Source of the DNA: an uncultured Candidatus Altimarinota bacterium
Lineage (GTDB): Bacteria; Patescibacteriota; Gracilibacteria; BD1-5; UBA6164
Assembly: GCA_938015455.1 (NCBI GenBank)
Contig: CALLPL010000036.1
Span: 9,916-73,915, forward strand
DNA: 64,000 nt
Direction of reading: 5' to 3'
Shown here: positions 10,839 to 21,451 of the stretch, one piece after another
Numbering within the stretch: position 1 is the stretch's first letter
How the letters are laid out: each line of letters begins with the position of its first letter
The notes under the pieces: model-generated
Told to the model about the DNA's origin: nothing
The model's input: the letters and a program-made list of their open reading frames with translations, nothing else
Database searches by the model: none
Position numbers and translations under genes: made by a program

Positions 10839-12077
10839 ATGAAAAATCTAGAACAAAATCACACTCCATGACTCTCTCCAGCAGCATTTTGAGTCATAAA
10901 TAAACTCGCTTGATGAAGAAAAGCTCTTATTTCCCGAATATTATGAACATGAGAAGTAGAAGTAAGTGGGCCAAAAGTATTAGCCGGGTTTAGTTGAGTT
11001 AGGTTATTTGATACACTTGAACTGAAACCATGACAAAAGGTTGTAGTATATGACCCTGAAAAAGGAGACATAACTCTCAACACAGCCTGAATACATCATA
11101 TTCATCCTGATGCTATCATACAAGAATATACAAAACATATTATAAATGATGGAGAGAAGGGATGGTTATATGACGAAAATTGAGACTTTACTGAAATACA
11201 GTGACCTACTGTTATATACGAACATCCCGAAGGAGAATTAATAATTTTCTCAAGGATTCAACTCTCTGAAAGAGAGGCAATAGTAAAAATAAACCAAAAT
11301 TGAAGTGAAGAAATAATTCAGTGAAGTGAGAATCCTGAGATCTTTATCAATCCTAAAACTGAAAAAGTAAAAAACTTTAGATGGACAGGAAGTTGAGAAG
11401 ATGGTCAAGAAAATGAAAAAGTACCTGGAGCAATAAATTTTACTATCCTTCGTCTTGATAACTCACAAACTTACTTTTCATTTCCTGTTCGCACCAAGGA
11501 TAACGTTGTCCTTGATATTAATCTAATGATATTTTATAGTATTTCCGATGTAGAAAAACTAGTAAAAAATACGCATGATCCTATGTGTGAGTTCTACAAT
11601 AAGATCCAGGCATTTATATGAGATCAGTTTTCTCAAAAAAACTTTGATGAAATAAAAAACCAAACAAGTACCATGATATCTAACATGTGAGGAAATACTG
11701 AACTCAGCTTCAGTGACATCTAACTCTCGATAGACAAACTTGTCTTGCGTAGCTGGGAACCTCAAGAAAAAAGAGTACAGGATGTCTTAGAAAAAGCTGC
11801 TATGGTGGAGAGTCAGAATTGACTCGATGAGGCTGAACACAAAAGGAAGTTAAAGTTATTAGAATATGAACAAGTTCAAGAACAGAAGACAAAAGAACTT
11901 TCTGAGCTACGAAGAGAAAATGCAATTCAAGAATGAACTCAGATATGAGCAAGATTTGATGCAATATATGCAGAGTTAAAGAAAAATATGGATGAAGCCC
12001 AGGCAGTGAAACTTATGAAACTCTACCTTGCAAGTCAAGCTCAAGAACTCAATATTGGTTCTGATTTACTAAAATAA
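10839..12077 (+). pseudogene. SPFH/band-7 domain protein interrupted by a single in-frame TAA (11721-11723)
   Basis: FPVRTKDNVVLDINLMIFYSISDVEKLV is SPFH-like. The frame stays open on both sides of the TAA (294 + 118 codons) and the domain continues across it. C-terminal coiled coil. Confidence 0.55.
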
Positions 12078-12109
12078 CAAACTTGAATAAAAAATTAATA
12101 ATATTACAT

Positions 12110-12130
12110 TAAGTGTAATACTTACATACG
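12110..12130. promoter_or_regulatory. Candidate NrtR operator, site D (TAAGTGTA-atact-TACATACG)
   Basis: Ends 8 nt before the nrtR ATG, which fits autoregulation. Confidence 0.4.
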
Positions 12131-12137
12131 TAATAAT

Positions 12138-12833
12138 ATGCTCATACCCCAAGACCAGCAATTTGATATCTGGGATCCAAAAATAACTATTCCTATACTC
12201 GCTCTCGATATAGTAATCTTTACTATCTACAAATGAGAACTTTGTGTGCTTATAACAAAAAGAGAAGAATACTGAGAACAGTGATACTCTCTTCCAGGAA
12301 GTATCGTATCAAAGGGCTATACGCTTGATGAAAACTTCGATGAGGTATTGAAAAGAAAAACAGGTATTACAGGAGTTTATAAAGAACAACTTCGGACCTT
12401 TTGAGATAATATACAGAGAGATCCGCGAGGTCATGTTATCGCACTTGCCTATTATGCTCTCGTAAAAGCTAAAAAACTTTTAGCGCAAGTAGACTTCACT
12501 CAGGTAGATATAGTTACAATAGCTCAGTTTCGTAAACTTAAGGTATTTTACGAGCATTGAGAGATAGTAGAATATGCGCTAAAGCGACTCAAATGAAAAC
12601 TCTGATATACAGATATTGTAAAAGAGCTTCTCCCTGAAAAGTTTCGTATCTCAGAAATGCAGAGGATTTATGAGATTATTCTGTGCAAAAATATAGATAA
12701 ACGAAATTTTCAAAAGAAAATATTCTCTCTCAAAATAATTACTGATACAGGAGAAAAAGACCATTCAACCAATAGGCCAGCAAAACTCTATAAATTTGAA
12801 AACAAACGCATTAAAGTCATTGATATGCTCTAG
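12138..12833 (+). CDS. nrtR: NrtR-type regulator (Nudix domain fused to a C-terminal winged-helix domain)
   Basis: Nudix-like core LPGSIVSKGYTLDENFDEVLKRKTG, RDPRGHVIALAYYAL. C-terminal wHTH FRISEMQRIYEIILCKNIDKRNFQKK. 231 aa. Adjacent to the NAD genes. Confidence 0.7.
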
Positions 12834-12835
12834 AA

Positions 12836-13078
12836 TTAATTAAGAGTGTTCATATAATTTATTTCATCTATTTCTTCCTGTAATTCTACTACTCTGATTC
12901 AAAGGTATATAGTAGCTACCAGTTGTAATACAAAAATCACTGCAAATACTACAGCTCCATATTTAGCTAACCTGATCTTATGTTTGATATTTTTTACCTT
13001 TGAAAACATATATTTTTCTATAATAAATAAAATTCCAACTTGTGCTCATTTTTGAGCTATCTTTACTGTGCTTACCAT
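12836..13078 (-). CDS. Small membrane protein (80 aa)
   Basis: ATG 13078, TAA 12836. One TM segment YGAVVFAVIFVLQLVATIYLG. Overlaps the gloA stop by 7 nt. Confidence 0.4.
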
Positions 13079-13491
13079 GATCAGATGTTATCCATATCCT
13101 TCCACGGAGATTGAGGCTCAAGAGCATCTCCATCTTGGAGTATTTCTATCGAAACATCATCTGGTGACTTAATGAATGCCATTTTCCCATCTCGTGGTGG
13201 CCTATTTATTGTAACTCATTTTTCCTGAAGCATTTCGCAATATTCATAAATATTTTCTACACTATATGCGAGATGTCACCAAGATCTTCCTGTCTCATAT
13301 TTCTCATCTCACTCCCAATTATAGGTAAGTTCTACTTCCGGCTCTCCCTGAGCTGTTGCAAGAAATACCAGAGTAAATTTTCCTGCCGAGACTTCTTTTC
13401 TCCTCATTTCTTTGAGTCATAGTGTATCACAATAAAACTGGAGCGATTCATCGAGATCTCTCACACGCACCATTGTGTGTAAAAATTTCAT
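13072..13491 (-). CDS. gloA: Lactoylglutathione lyase (glyoxalase I, VOC family)
   Basis: [59 protein letters not shown]. 139 aa. Confidence 0.8.
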
Positions 13492-13503
13492 AATCTTTCT
13501 ATA

Positions 13504-14214
13504 TTACCAAGTATTACGGAGTTCTCTGAGTCTAATAAACTCATTTTTATCAGCAGATAGAAATGGATTTACACATTTCTCTTCTCAGAGTGAAGTGAAG
13601 TATACTTCCTCCCCTTTTTTCTTCAATATTTTTTCAAGTTCTGGTTTTTTTTCTGGAAGATATTTTTCTATAAATCGAAAGTTGTTCTCAAGATAATCAT
13701 GCCCAGAGTACAGGATAACATCATCTTCATAGCTCTGGAACTTCTGTATACTTCCGTGTAATACTTCGGTATCCCCTGAATAAGTATTCCCTACTCCTCA
13801 TGAAAACACTGTATCTCCTACAAATATTCCAACGACCTTTTCATTTTCAATAATTTCTAAAGAAATATGTCCTGGGGTATGTCCTGGAGTTTCAATCACT
13901 CTGAGTTCAAGATATTCCTCTAGTATGATACTTTCTCACTCTTGAAGTTCATCTGAAAAACACAGTGGTATTTCTTTACTTGCTTTCTCTCCTGTAAATA
14001 TGTCTTCACAATCTAATCATATTACTCCTGAGTAGTGATCGTCATGTTCATGTGTTACTACTATTTTTTCGAGTGAGAGTTTATTTTTAGTGAGGAAATC
14101 TTTTGTAAGTTCACTATCACATGGATCTATAACACAAGCTTTTTTATCTCCATACTCAATAACATAAAATATATTTTGGAGTTCGTTGTTGGTGATAATT
14201 GAATGGATTTTCAT
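13504..14214 (-). CDS. gloB: Hydroxyacylglutathione hydrolase-like metallo-beta-lactamase (glyoxalase II)
   Basis: VVTHEHDDHYSG (HxHxDH), ETPGHTPGHIS, GDTVFSGGVG, LYSGHDY, NPFL. Start taken as MKIHS at 14214; the listed longer ORF runs through the tRNA. Confidence 0.75.
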
Positions 14215-14229
14215 AAATCTATGATACAA

Positions 14230-14255
14230 AAAACTCTTCCTGAAGAAAGAGTTTT
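14230..14255 (-). terminator. Hairpin between tRNA-Leu and gloB (possible terminator or processing signal)
   Basis: Stem aaaactctt / aagagtttt with an 8-nt loop, followed by a T-rich run on the minus strand. Confidence 0.35.
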
Positions 14256-14267
14256 TAAAAGTTTTTA

Positions 14268-14351
14268 TGGTGCCCAGAGAGGGGATCGAACCCTCACACC
14301 CGAAGATAAGGGATTTTGAATCCCTCGTGTCTACCATTCCACCACCTGGGC
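14268..14351 (-). tRNA. tRNA-Leu (anticodon CAA), type II with long variable arm, CCA encoded
   Basis: GCCCAGG acceptor stem. Anticodon arm AGGGA-UUCAAAA-UCCCU. Variable arm UAUCUUCGGGUGU. T arm GAGGG-UUCGAUC-CCCUC. 3' end ACCA. Confidence 0.92.
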
Positions 14352-14356
14352 AAAAA

Positions 14357-14387
14357 ATGGTGGAGCCGGACGAGCCGGCCCCATAGA
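14357..14387 (-). terminator. Rho-independent terminator (GC hairpin plus U-tract)
   Basis: Minus strand GGGGCCGG-CUCGU-CCGGCUCC followed by ACCAUUUUUU, downstream of CDS 14466..15296. Confidence 0.7.
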
Positions 14388-14465
14388 GCTTATAGAGACT
14401 ATAAGCAAAAGTATTATAGTGAAAAAGTCCTTTTTACAAGATTTATAATCTTTCGATCCAACTAA

Positions 14466-15296
14466 TTAACCTAACTTAGTAAATGCATCCAACAAATCAT
14501 CTAAATTAAACGTTACCTTATATGGTTCAGGTAAAAGAGTATGTACTTCTCATGGTGTCTTTTTTGATTCTTTATATTGAATCTCTTCCTTATTTCTTTT
14601 AGGAATTCTATAAAGAGTAATGAGATCTTCCTCAACACGTACTCTTAATCTACATCTCACTTCTTCACCTTCTTTATGAAATTCTGACTCATTAGACATG
14701 TGAGGTCAACTCATGAACTTTTTTCTAACAACATTATCATATTGTTCTACATTAGGAATTCATGTTATATCGACAGGTGTGATATACTCTAGTTTTTCAT
14801 AAAATCTAGGAGGCAAATTTAATACTTGACCAGAAATATTTTTTGACAGAATTCAAGTAAATAGCTTATTTATCAAAGCACATCTCAATCTATTCTTTAT
14901 GCTCACCTCTCCTATGATAATAATTCAATGTGGATCTACTCTATAATCTTCTAATTTGAAAGCAATTTCTCATTTTTTATTTAACTCAACATAGAAAGTA
15001 TGTCAAAAATACTGAAATTTATATGGATATCTGGAAAAATCTCATAATCTTCCTTCGATACTAGCATATGGTGAATCTGCAATAAATTTTCTTATAGGTA
15101 TTGTTTTTTGATCATAACTTCATAATAACGGGGTTACATATCAAGTAACTCTTTCTTTCTCATCATCAATTTTCTCTTGTTTTTCCTTATTTTTTAGTAA
15201 TCCACAGTCAAATCATATTTCATTTGTTCTATCTTGAATTCATATGCATGATTCAACTGCGCTTAAATAAGATAACACTTCATCCCTATTTGTCAT
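14466..15296 (-). CDS. Hypothetical protein (276 aa)
   Basis: ATG 15296, TAA 14466, about 14 in-frame TGA. No family recognised. Confidence 0.5.
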
Positions 15297-15427
15297 TTTT
15301 TATTATATAGCTAATTAAATAAAATATACAATATAATTATTTTTAAATTTGTCAATATTTTGATAAAAATATAGTTATTTTTTCGAATATAAAGTATATA
15401 ATGAATATATATTTTTAAAAACTATTT

Positions 15428-16762
15428 ATGTTCATCTGTACAGACTGTGGGAATGAATCGCTTACTTGGCAAGGTCAGTGCGGATTTTGTAAGGCTTGGA
15501 ATACGCTGAAGGAGTTTAAGGAGTCAAAGGCTTCGAGTAAGTGAGTTTCAGGAGAAGCGCAGAAGCTGTGATGACTTTCGGATGCCTCTGAAGGTAATAA
15601 TACTGCGAGAGTGGAGACTAAGTCTGGTGAGCTCAATACTGTTTTGTGAGGATGACTCGTTCAAGGGAGTATTGTGCTTCTTTCTGGAGAGCCTGGAATT
15701 GGGAAATCGACTCTCACGCTTCAACTGGGAAAATGGATAGAGGAAGATATTATTTATATCTCTGGTGAAGAGACTCTCGCTCAAATATCTGGAAGAGCTA
15801 AAAGGCTGAAAGTAAAGTGAAACCATATCCAAGTACTCTCAGAAAATAATCTTGAAAATATTCTCTCAACACTTGGAAAACATAGTCCAAAGATTGTGAT
15901 TCTTGATTCTATTTCTGTCATGTATTCTCATGAAGCTTCTGGTACAGCTGGAAGTATATGACAAGTTCGCTATATTACAGAGAAGATAGTTGAATACGGT
16001 AAAAAACATAATATTACCTTTATAATAATAGGTCACGTCACAAAAGACGGTTCACTTGCTGGGCCAAAGACTCTCGAGCATATGGTTGATACCGTTCTCT
16101 ATTTTGAGGGAGATAAATTTGATAACCTGAGGATCCTTCGCTGCCTCAAAAATAGATTTGGGGCTAGCAGTGAGATTGGCCTCTATAAGATGGAAGAAAT
16201 AGGCCTCATTGATATATCAAATCCGTGACTTGAGTTCATATCTGATTGAGAGGAAACTACCGGTTCAGCGCTCTCTATCACGATGGAAGGAAATAGAGCT
16301 CTCGTTGTTGAAACAGAAGCGCTCACCACCTATACAAAGTTTGGATATCCAAAGAGATCTAGCAGAGGGATAGCTCAATCTAAGCTTGATCTTATCATCG
16401 CAGTACTCGGAAAATACACGAGTGTCAAACTCGAGAGTTATGATGTTTATTGTAACATCTCCAGAGGAATGTCTATTGCAGAACCAGGTCTTGATCTCGC
16501 TCTCGCAGCAAGTATTATATCATCAAAGAGTTCAAAAAAACTTGGTAAGTCTGTTGCCTTTATATGAGAAATATCTCTCACTGGAAAGGTAAAAAACGTT
16601 ATGTTTCTTGAGAAACGAATCAAAGAAGCTGCAAAAATGGGTTTTGAAACTCTCTTTATTCCAGATACTGGAAAAGCTCTTACGGATTTCTTAAGTTCAA
16701 AAGATACAATGAGACTTATTCCTGTGAAAAATATTTCTGATTTCATTAAAAACTTAAGCTAA
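15428..16762 (+). CDS. radA: DNA repair protein RadA/Sms
   Basis: N-terminal zinc ribbon CTDCGNES..CGFC. Walker A LLSGEPGIGKST. KNRFG motif. C-terminal Lon-like domain. 444 aa. Confidence 0.92.
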
Positions 16763-16763
16763 T

Positions 16764-17957
16764 ATGAAAACTTCTCTTCTCATCTTTGCAATACTTTTCT
16801 TTTCCCTCATTTCATGAGCTTTTTGAGCCTTTTGAGTATTATATTTTTTTTGAACTGAGCAAGCTGATAGCAGTCAGGATCAAAAAACTCAAAGCATGAT
16901 TCAGAAAATACAGTCAGATCTTAAGAGTGTATCAGAAAAATCTGAAGAAGAAATCCCCTCTATGGCAGAATCATTTCAAGATATGCTTACAAGTACGGTA
17001 GAAACAATTGCTCCAAGTGTTGTAAGTATTATTGTAAAAAAGGATCTAATAATCTATCGAAGTGACCCATGGGGGTTTTTTCAGCAGCCAGCTGGAACGG
17101 TGACTCGTCAGGTATGATGAGGAAGTGGTTTCTTTGTAAAATCTGACGGAACCATTCTAACGAATAAACATGTAGTTGCTGACCCTAATGCTGAATATAC
17201 AGTTATACTGAGTGATGGAACAGAGTATGATGCCAGAGTACTCGCGCTTGATCCAATAAATGATCTTGCAGTAATACAAGTTCTAAATAGTGAAGTAAGT
17301 TTTTCTCCTCTCCCCCTCATCTCAAATACTGATGAAATACAGGTATGAGAGTTTGGAATTGCCGTTGGAAATGCTCTCGCTGAGTTTCAGAACTCCGTTT
17401 CGTTAGGAATTGTAAGCTGAAAAGATCGAACTATCGAAGCCCAGGGAGAATCGCTCACCTGACTCATCCAAACGGACGCTGCTATCAATCCAGGAAATAG
17501 TGGATGACCTCTGCTTGGTCTCGATGGACGAGTTATGTGAATCAATACCGCAATAGTTTCAGGGAGTAATGGAATATGATTCTCAATAGCTCTTACTCAA
17601 AATAAGGTGGATTATATCCTCGAGAGTATAGCAAGTGACAATAGGATTAAGAGACCATTTATTGGAATAAACTATATTCAAAACTCACCCTGAATTGCAG
17701 CTGAGCTCTGACTCAGTTCGGATTATGGAGCCTACATCATAGACGAAGCTTGAAGTATCGTAGAGTGAAGTAGCGCAGAAACATCAGGTCTTGAACCAGG
17801 GGATATTGTTCTCGAGGTAGCAGGACAAAAGATTGACGGGAAAAACACTCTAGGAAACATCGTACAAAACGCTATTCCAGGAGAAAAGCTTGCTCTGAAA
17901 GTCCTTAAAAAGTCCTGAGAAGAAAAAAGTATAGAACTAGAATTATGAGAGTATTAA
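16764..17957 (+). CDS. htrA: HtrA/DegP-family serine protease with PDZ domain
   Basis: N-terminal TM segment. GSGFFV, TNKHVV (His), NDLAVI (Asp), GNSGGPL (Ser; second Gly = TGA 17505-17507). PDZ motif GDIVLEVAGQKI. 397 aa. Confidence 0.9.
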
Positions 17958-17960
17958 AAT

Positions 17961-18326
17961 ATGAATAAAAAGTATATCATCATCTCAGTAGCACTGTTTT
18001 TACTATGAGTTACTCAATTCTCGAGTAACTTCAAGAGTTCAGAGCTTGTAATAACTGAAATACCAGATAACTTTGTATATGATGGATGTTCGAGCTTTCC
18101 AGATGGAAACTATGGTCACTGCTGCAAGACCCATGATGATGCGTACTTTTGGTGAGGATCTTGGCAATGAAGACTCAGGGCAGATAATGAACTCTCCTCC
18201 TGCGTTCAGGAACTCTGATGATTTCATACTGTCCTCTGACCAGTCATGTGGATATGAGTCAGAGCCTGAGGGGCTCCTATTTGGCCTACCTCATATAGAT
18301 GGTGATTTGGAAGAGATCGATATTAA
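17961..18326 (+). CDS. Secreted prokaryotic phospholipase A2-like protein (121 aa)
   Basis: Signal/TM segment. DGCSSFPDGNYGHCCKTHDDAYFWGG resembles the DxC(S/T)xxPD...C-x2-HD-x2-Y active-site region of Streptomyces-type PLA2. Confidence 0.45.
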
Positions 18327-18357
18327 AAACACTCCTAAAATTTAGGAGTGTTTTTTT
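18326..18357 (+). terminator. Rho-independent terminator (bidirectional shape)
   Basis: aaaaacactcct-aaaattt-aggagtgttttttt. Confidence 0.7.
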
Positions 18358-18368
18358 GGTGTTTTAAT

Positions 18369-18782
18369 CTACACGTAAAAGAGTACGAGCGCAACAAAGA
18401 TTCCGAGTACAGATCCTGCAAATGCTTCACTTGGAAGATGTCAGAGGGATTCTTTGAGTTTTTTCTCTCACAGACGTTCATTGATCATCTTTGCATGGAG
18501 TCATGCTTCGTAGCGAACGTTGATCGCGTCATAGATGATAATAACTGTAAATCACATAACTATTGCGAACATGTCTGAACTTACTCCAAACTTGAGCGCA
18601 AATGCCGTTGCGAGAGAAACTACAACAGATGAATGTACAGATGGCATTCCTCAGCTTCAGAGAGCTCTTTCTAGACTCCATTTATTGGAAGAGGCCTTGA
18701 TTATAAGTCCCTTTAAAATAACAGAAAATAAAAATGTTACTGCTGGAATAAGGATTATGTTTTCATAAAATATATTTTCCAT
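18369..18782 (-). CDS. Divergent PAP2 / DUF212-family membrane protein
   Basis: GSGGMPSVHSSVV, IIIYDAINVRYEAGLHAKMINE, SLGHLPSEAFAGSVLG. 137 aa. Confidence 0.7.
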
Positions 18783-18808
18783 CAGTATTCGTAGTTTTTA
18801 TTATATTA

Positions 18809-19300
18809 TTAAGCTACCTCAAGTATTTTATACTCAATCTCATTATTTGAGCCGTTTTTAAGTTTGAAGTTATCTCATTTTTTCTTTCCAAGAAGTAACT
18901 TCCCTACCTGAGATTCGTTTGATACTCTTGGAGTTTCTGCCAGGATGTCTGCCTCTGTCGTACCAACTATTTTATATACTTCTTTTTCTTTAGAACCAGT
19001 CTCTTGGATTGTAACCGTCATTCCCATATTTACTTTTTTCTCTCACTTTACTGCCTTTTTATCTTCCTTAATTATTTCTACTCGCTTTAGTTGCCCCTCT
19101 ACTTCAGCAATACGAAGTTCAACTTGCGCCTGTTCGTTACGAGCATCTTCATACTCAGAGTTTTCACTCAGATCCCCAAAACTAATTGCTTCTTTAAGTT
19201 TTTCAGCTATTTCAATACGCTTCTCTTCTTTGAGATAACGAAATTCCTCTTGAAGTTTTTCAAGCCCTTCCTGGGTAAGATAAATTATTTGATCTGCCAT
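18809..19300 (-). CDS. greA: Transcription elongation factor GreA
   Basis: LTQEGLEKLQEEFRYL, FGDLSENSEYEDARNEQ. C-terminal FKBP-like domain SNESQVGKLLLGKKKGD. 163 aa. Confidence 0.9.
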
Positions 19301-19332
19301 TGTATTCTCTCATTTTAAAAAATAATCTCAGC

Positions 19333-20010
19333 CTATAGCTGATCTAGGATTCTCTTGGACTCATTATACCTATCTTTTCTGATTTTCAATCAAAAAGCAT
19401 TATTTTCATGTTCTAGCACTATTCTAACATAGTCATCACCATATCATTCATCTAAATTTATATAAAATGATTTATCTCAAACATTGTTTACCTCATTAAG
19501 TGTGTATGGGAGATCAAAAGCCAATACTTGGAAAATATTTCTTACTTCTTCATAGTTCTTTGTCGAAAGAACATATACACTCACCCCAGCACTATACCAT
19601 TCATGATAAGGGTCTGGATACTCTGTTGTAATACCAAATATATTAGTATGTGTTTCGAGTTTCTTGAGGGAGAATGTTCAGAAGGTTTTTATAAATTCTT
19701 CTTCACTGATAGTCATCTCAGGAAGTTCTTCTTCGTCTGAAGATGAGGTCTGAGTTCAAGCGAGATTATCAAGAAATGTTAAATCTGAGTTTGAGTCTCA
19801 ACTAGAGCGAGTAGATCAACCTGAAGAGCTATCTCATCCTGAAGGAACTTTTACCACATCATCTATAGTTTTTGAATCTTCGTACACAAGTTCTTCTTGA
19901 TATTTAAGCTTCTTTAAAAAGAATCTATACTCTTCACTTGCAGCATACATGATGATATTTCCTATTAGTAATACCATGAGAAAAATCAAAAATCATACTA
20001 GTCACCTCAT
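19333..20010 (-). CDS. Hypothetical membrane-anchored protein (225 aa)
   Basis: N-terminal TM segment LVGFLIFLMVLLIGNIIMY, S/G-rich linker, no known motif. Confidence 0.5.
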
Positions 20011-20037
20011 CTACAATATAGCTAACACTAAAAAATA

Positions 20038-20574
20038 CTATTTTACAACTACTTGAGAAAAATCAAGTTCAATAGGAGTGTCTCTTCATAATAAATTAAC
20101 ATTTACCTTAACAAGACCCTTACTCTCATTCACGTCAGTTATTACTCCCTCATTATTTTCAAATGCCCCCTTTGTTATAAGCGCTCTATCTCAAGTTTTA
20201 AATTTTGTTGTAAATGTTTCTTCTTTGCTCTCTACTTTTCATTTTAATTGTTCTAGTTCCGCTCCAGAAACTGGAACAGGTATATTTCAAGCTCATAAGA
20301 ACCCTGTAACATTTGGAGTATTTCGAACAATATACCAGCTTTCATTTGTCACATTCATCTCTACAAGAATATATCATGGGAGTATATTTTTTTTCTTTTT
20401 TACTTTTGTTCCTCAAGCTCTTACTGATACAACATCATGAGTTGGGACAAACACGTCTATGAGATATTCCTCTAAACCAAAACTTTCTCTTCTTTGAAAA
20501 AGTGATTGTTTAACATTTTCTTCGGTACCCGATATAACCTGTATTACATACCATTGTGATTTTTTTTCTTCCAT
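20038..20574 (-). CDS. nusG: Transcription termination/antitermination factor NusG
   Basis: WYVIQVISGTEENV, PGYILVEM, RNTPNVTGFLG. KOW motif GDRALITKGAFENNEGVI. 178 aa. Confidence 0.9.
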
Positions 20575-20590
20575 AGGAGTAAAATTTGTT

Positions 20591-20773
20591 TTATTTTATA
20601 ATATTTCTCAGGGTAAATATAAGCTCAGAAAATATATTCGAAGCAATAAAGAGGTATATTGCGAAAAATACCAATATCGCAAGTACCAATCCAAAAAACT
20701 TTTGTGTTTCTTTTCGTGTTGGCCATACAACATGCTTGAGTTCTCTTACAGAATCTTTAAAAAACTGAATCAT
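20591..20773 (-). CDS. secE: Preprotein translocase subunit SecE
   Basis: MIQFFKDSVRELKHVVWPTRKET plus one TM segment. Located directly upstream of nusG. An alternative upstream start exists at 20815. Confidence 0.75.
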   Translation of the reverse strand: MIQFFKDSVRELKHVVWPTRKETQKFFGLVLAILVFFAIYLFIASNIFSELIFTLRNIIK

Positions 20774-20875
20774 AAGCTCACTAGTAAATAAATAATAAAA
20801 AAATATCACACTCAAAAATGTGTGATATCTGTCAAGAAGAAGTATATGTTTTCTCCCTCGAAAGTCAAAGACTTT

Positions 20876-20904
20876 TTGACCATTTTCACTCTTTGTGATA
20901 CAAT
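20876..20904 (+). promoter_or_regulatory. Sigma70-like promoter (TTGACC-N17-TACAAT with extended TGn)
   Basis: -35 at 20876-20881, TG at 20896-20897, -10 at 20899-20904. About 35 nt before the ATG at 20939. Confidence 0.55.
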
Positions 20905-20938
20905 AGAATCATATTTATGATCCCTAGAAAACTTAGAT

Positions 20939-21451
20939 ATGTGAATTTGGATATACATTCTCCCATTGATATTATTATTCCTTGCTCTTGCTTGGGGCTT
21001 TTTTCGTATTTTTCATTCAAAGCTAACTCGCTTAGAGTGAAAAATAATAGATATGTTTAGAGCCCGCACAGATGTTTTTCCTTCACTTTATGAAGTAACT
21101 CAGGACAAGGTTGCAAGACATAATGAAATATTTTCAGAAATAATGCAACTACGAAAAAAGGAGTTCTCTCTCTCAAACCTCAGCAATGAGATAGAATCAT
21201 TTCTTGAACTCGAATGAAGAATTCACCATGAAATAAATTTTATATTTCAAGTGTGCAACAAAAACCCCAAACTTATAAAAGATGGGAATTTTCTCTATAT
21301 TCGGGATGTGATAATGGATAAAAGCAGCTCAATATCAAAACAAATCAAAAAATATCGTAAAGCTACGGGCATTTACAATCAGTCAGTCAAATATAAAAAC
21401 TATACGCTTATCTGACTTCTGCTCCCTTATTCTAAAAAAACAAGTATTTAA
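20939..21451 (+). CDS. LemA-like membrane protein
   Basis: N-terminal TM segment. RARTDVFPSLYEVTQDKVARHNEIFSEIMQLR resembles the LemA core. 170 aa. Confidence 0.5.

Noticed and set aside
14017-14337. Listed 106-aa ORF starting MVDTRDSKSL upstream of the gloB-like gene
   Set aside because: Its first ~40 codons are the reverse-strand reading of tRNA-Leu and a hairpin. The conserved protein begins at MKIHS (14214).
14357-14400. tggtggagccgg... looked like the 3' end (..CUCCACCA) of a tmRNA or tRNA gene on the minus strand
   Set aside because: There is no T-arm (the loop is only CUCGU), no D or anticodon arm and no tag reading frame upstream. The upstream sequence is a clean 276-codon ORF. The hairpin plus U6 is best explained as an intrinsic terminator. 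It is kept only as a low-interest curiosity.
20774-20815. Longer SecE start (MSVIFFYYLFTSEL...)
   Set aside because: The extension is hydrophobic junk-like sequence ahead of the conserved SecE N-terminus MIQFFKDSVRELKHVVWPTRKE. The shorter form matches typical bacterial SecE length.
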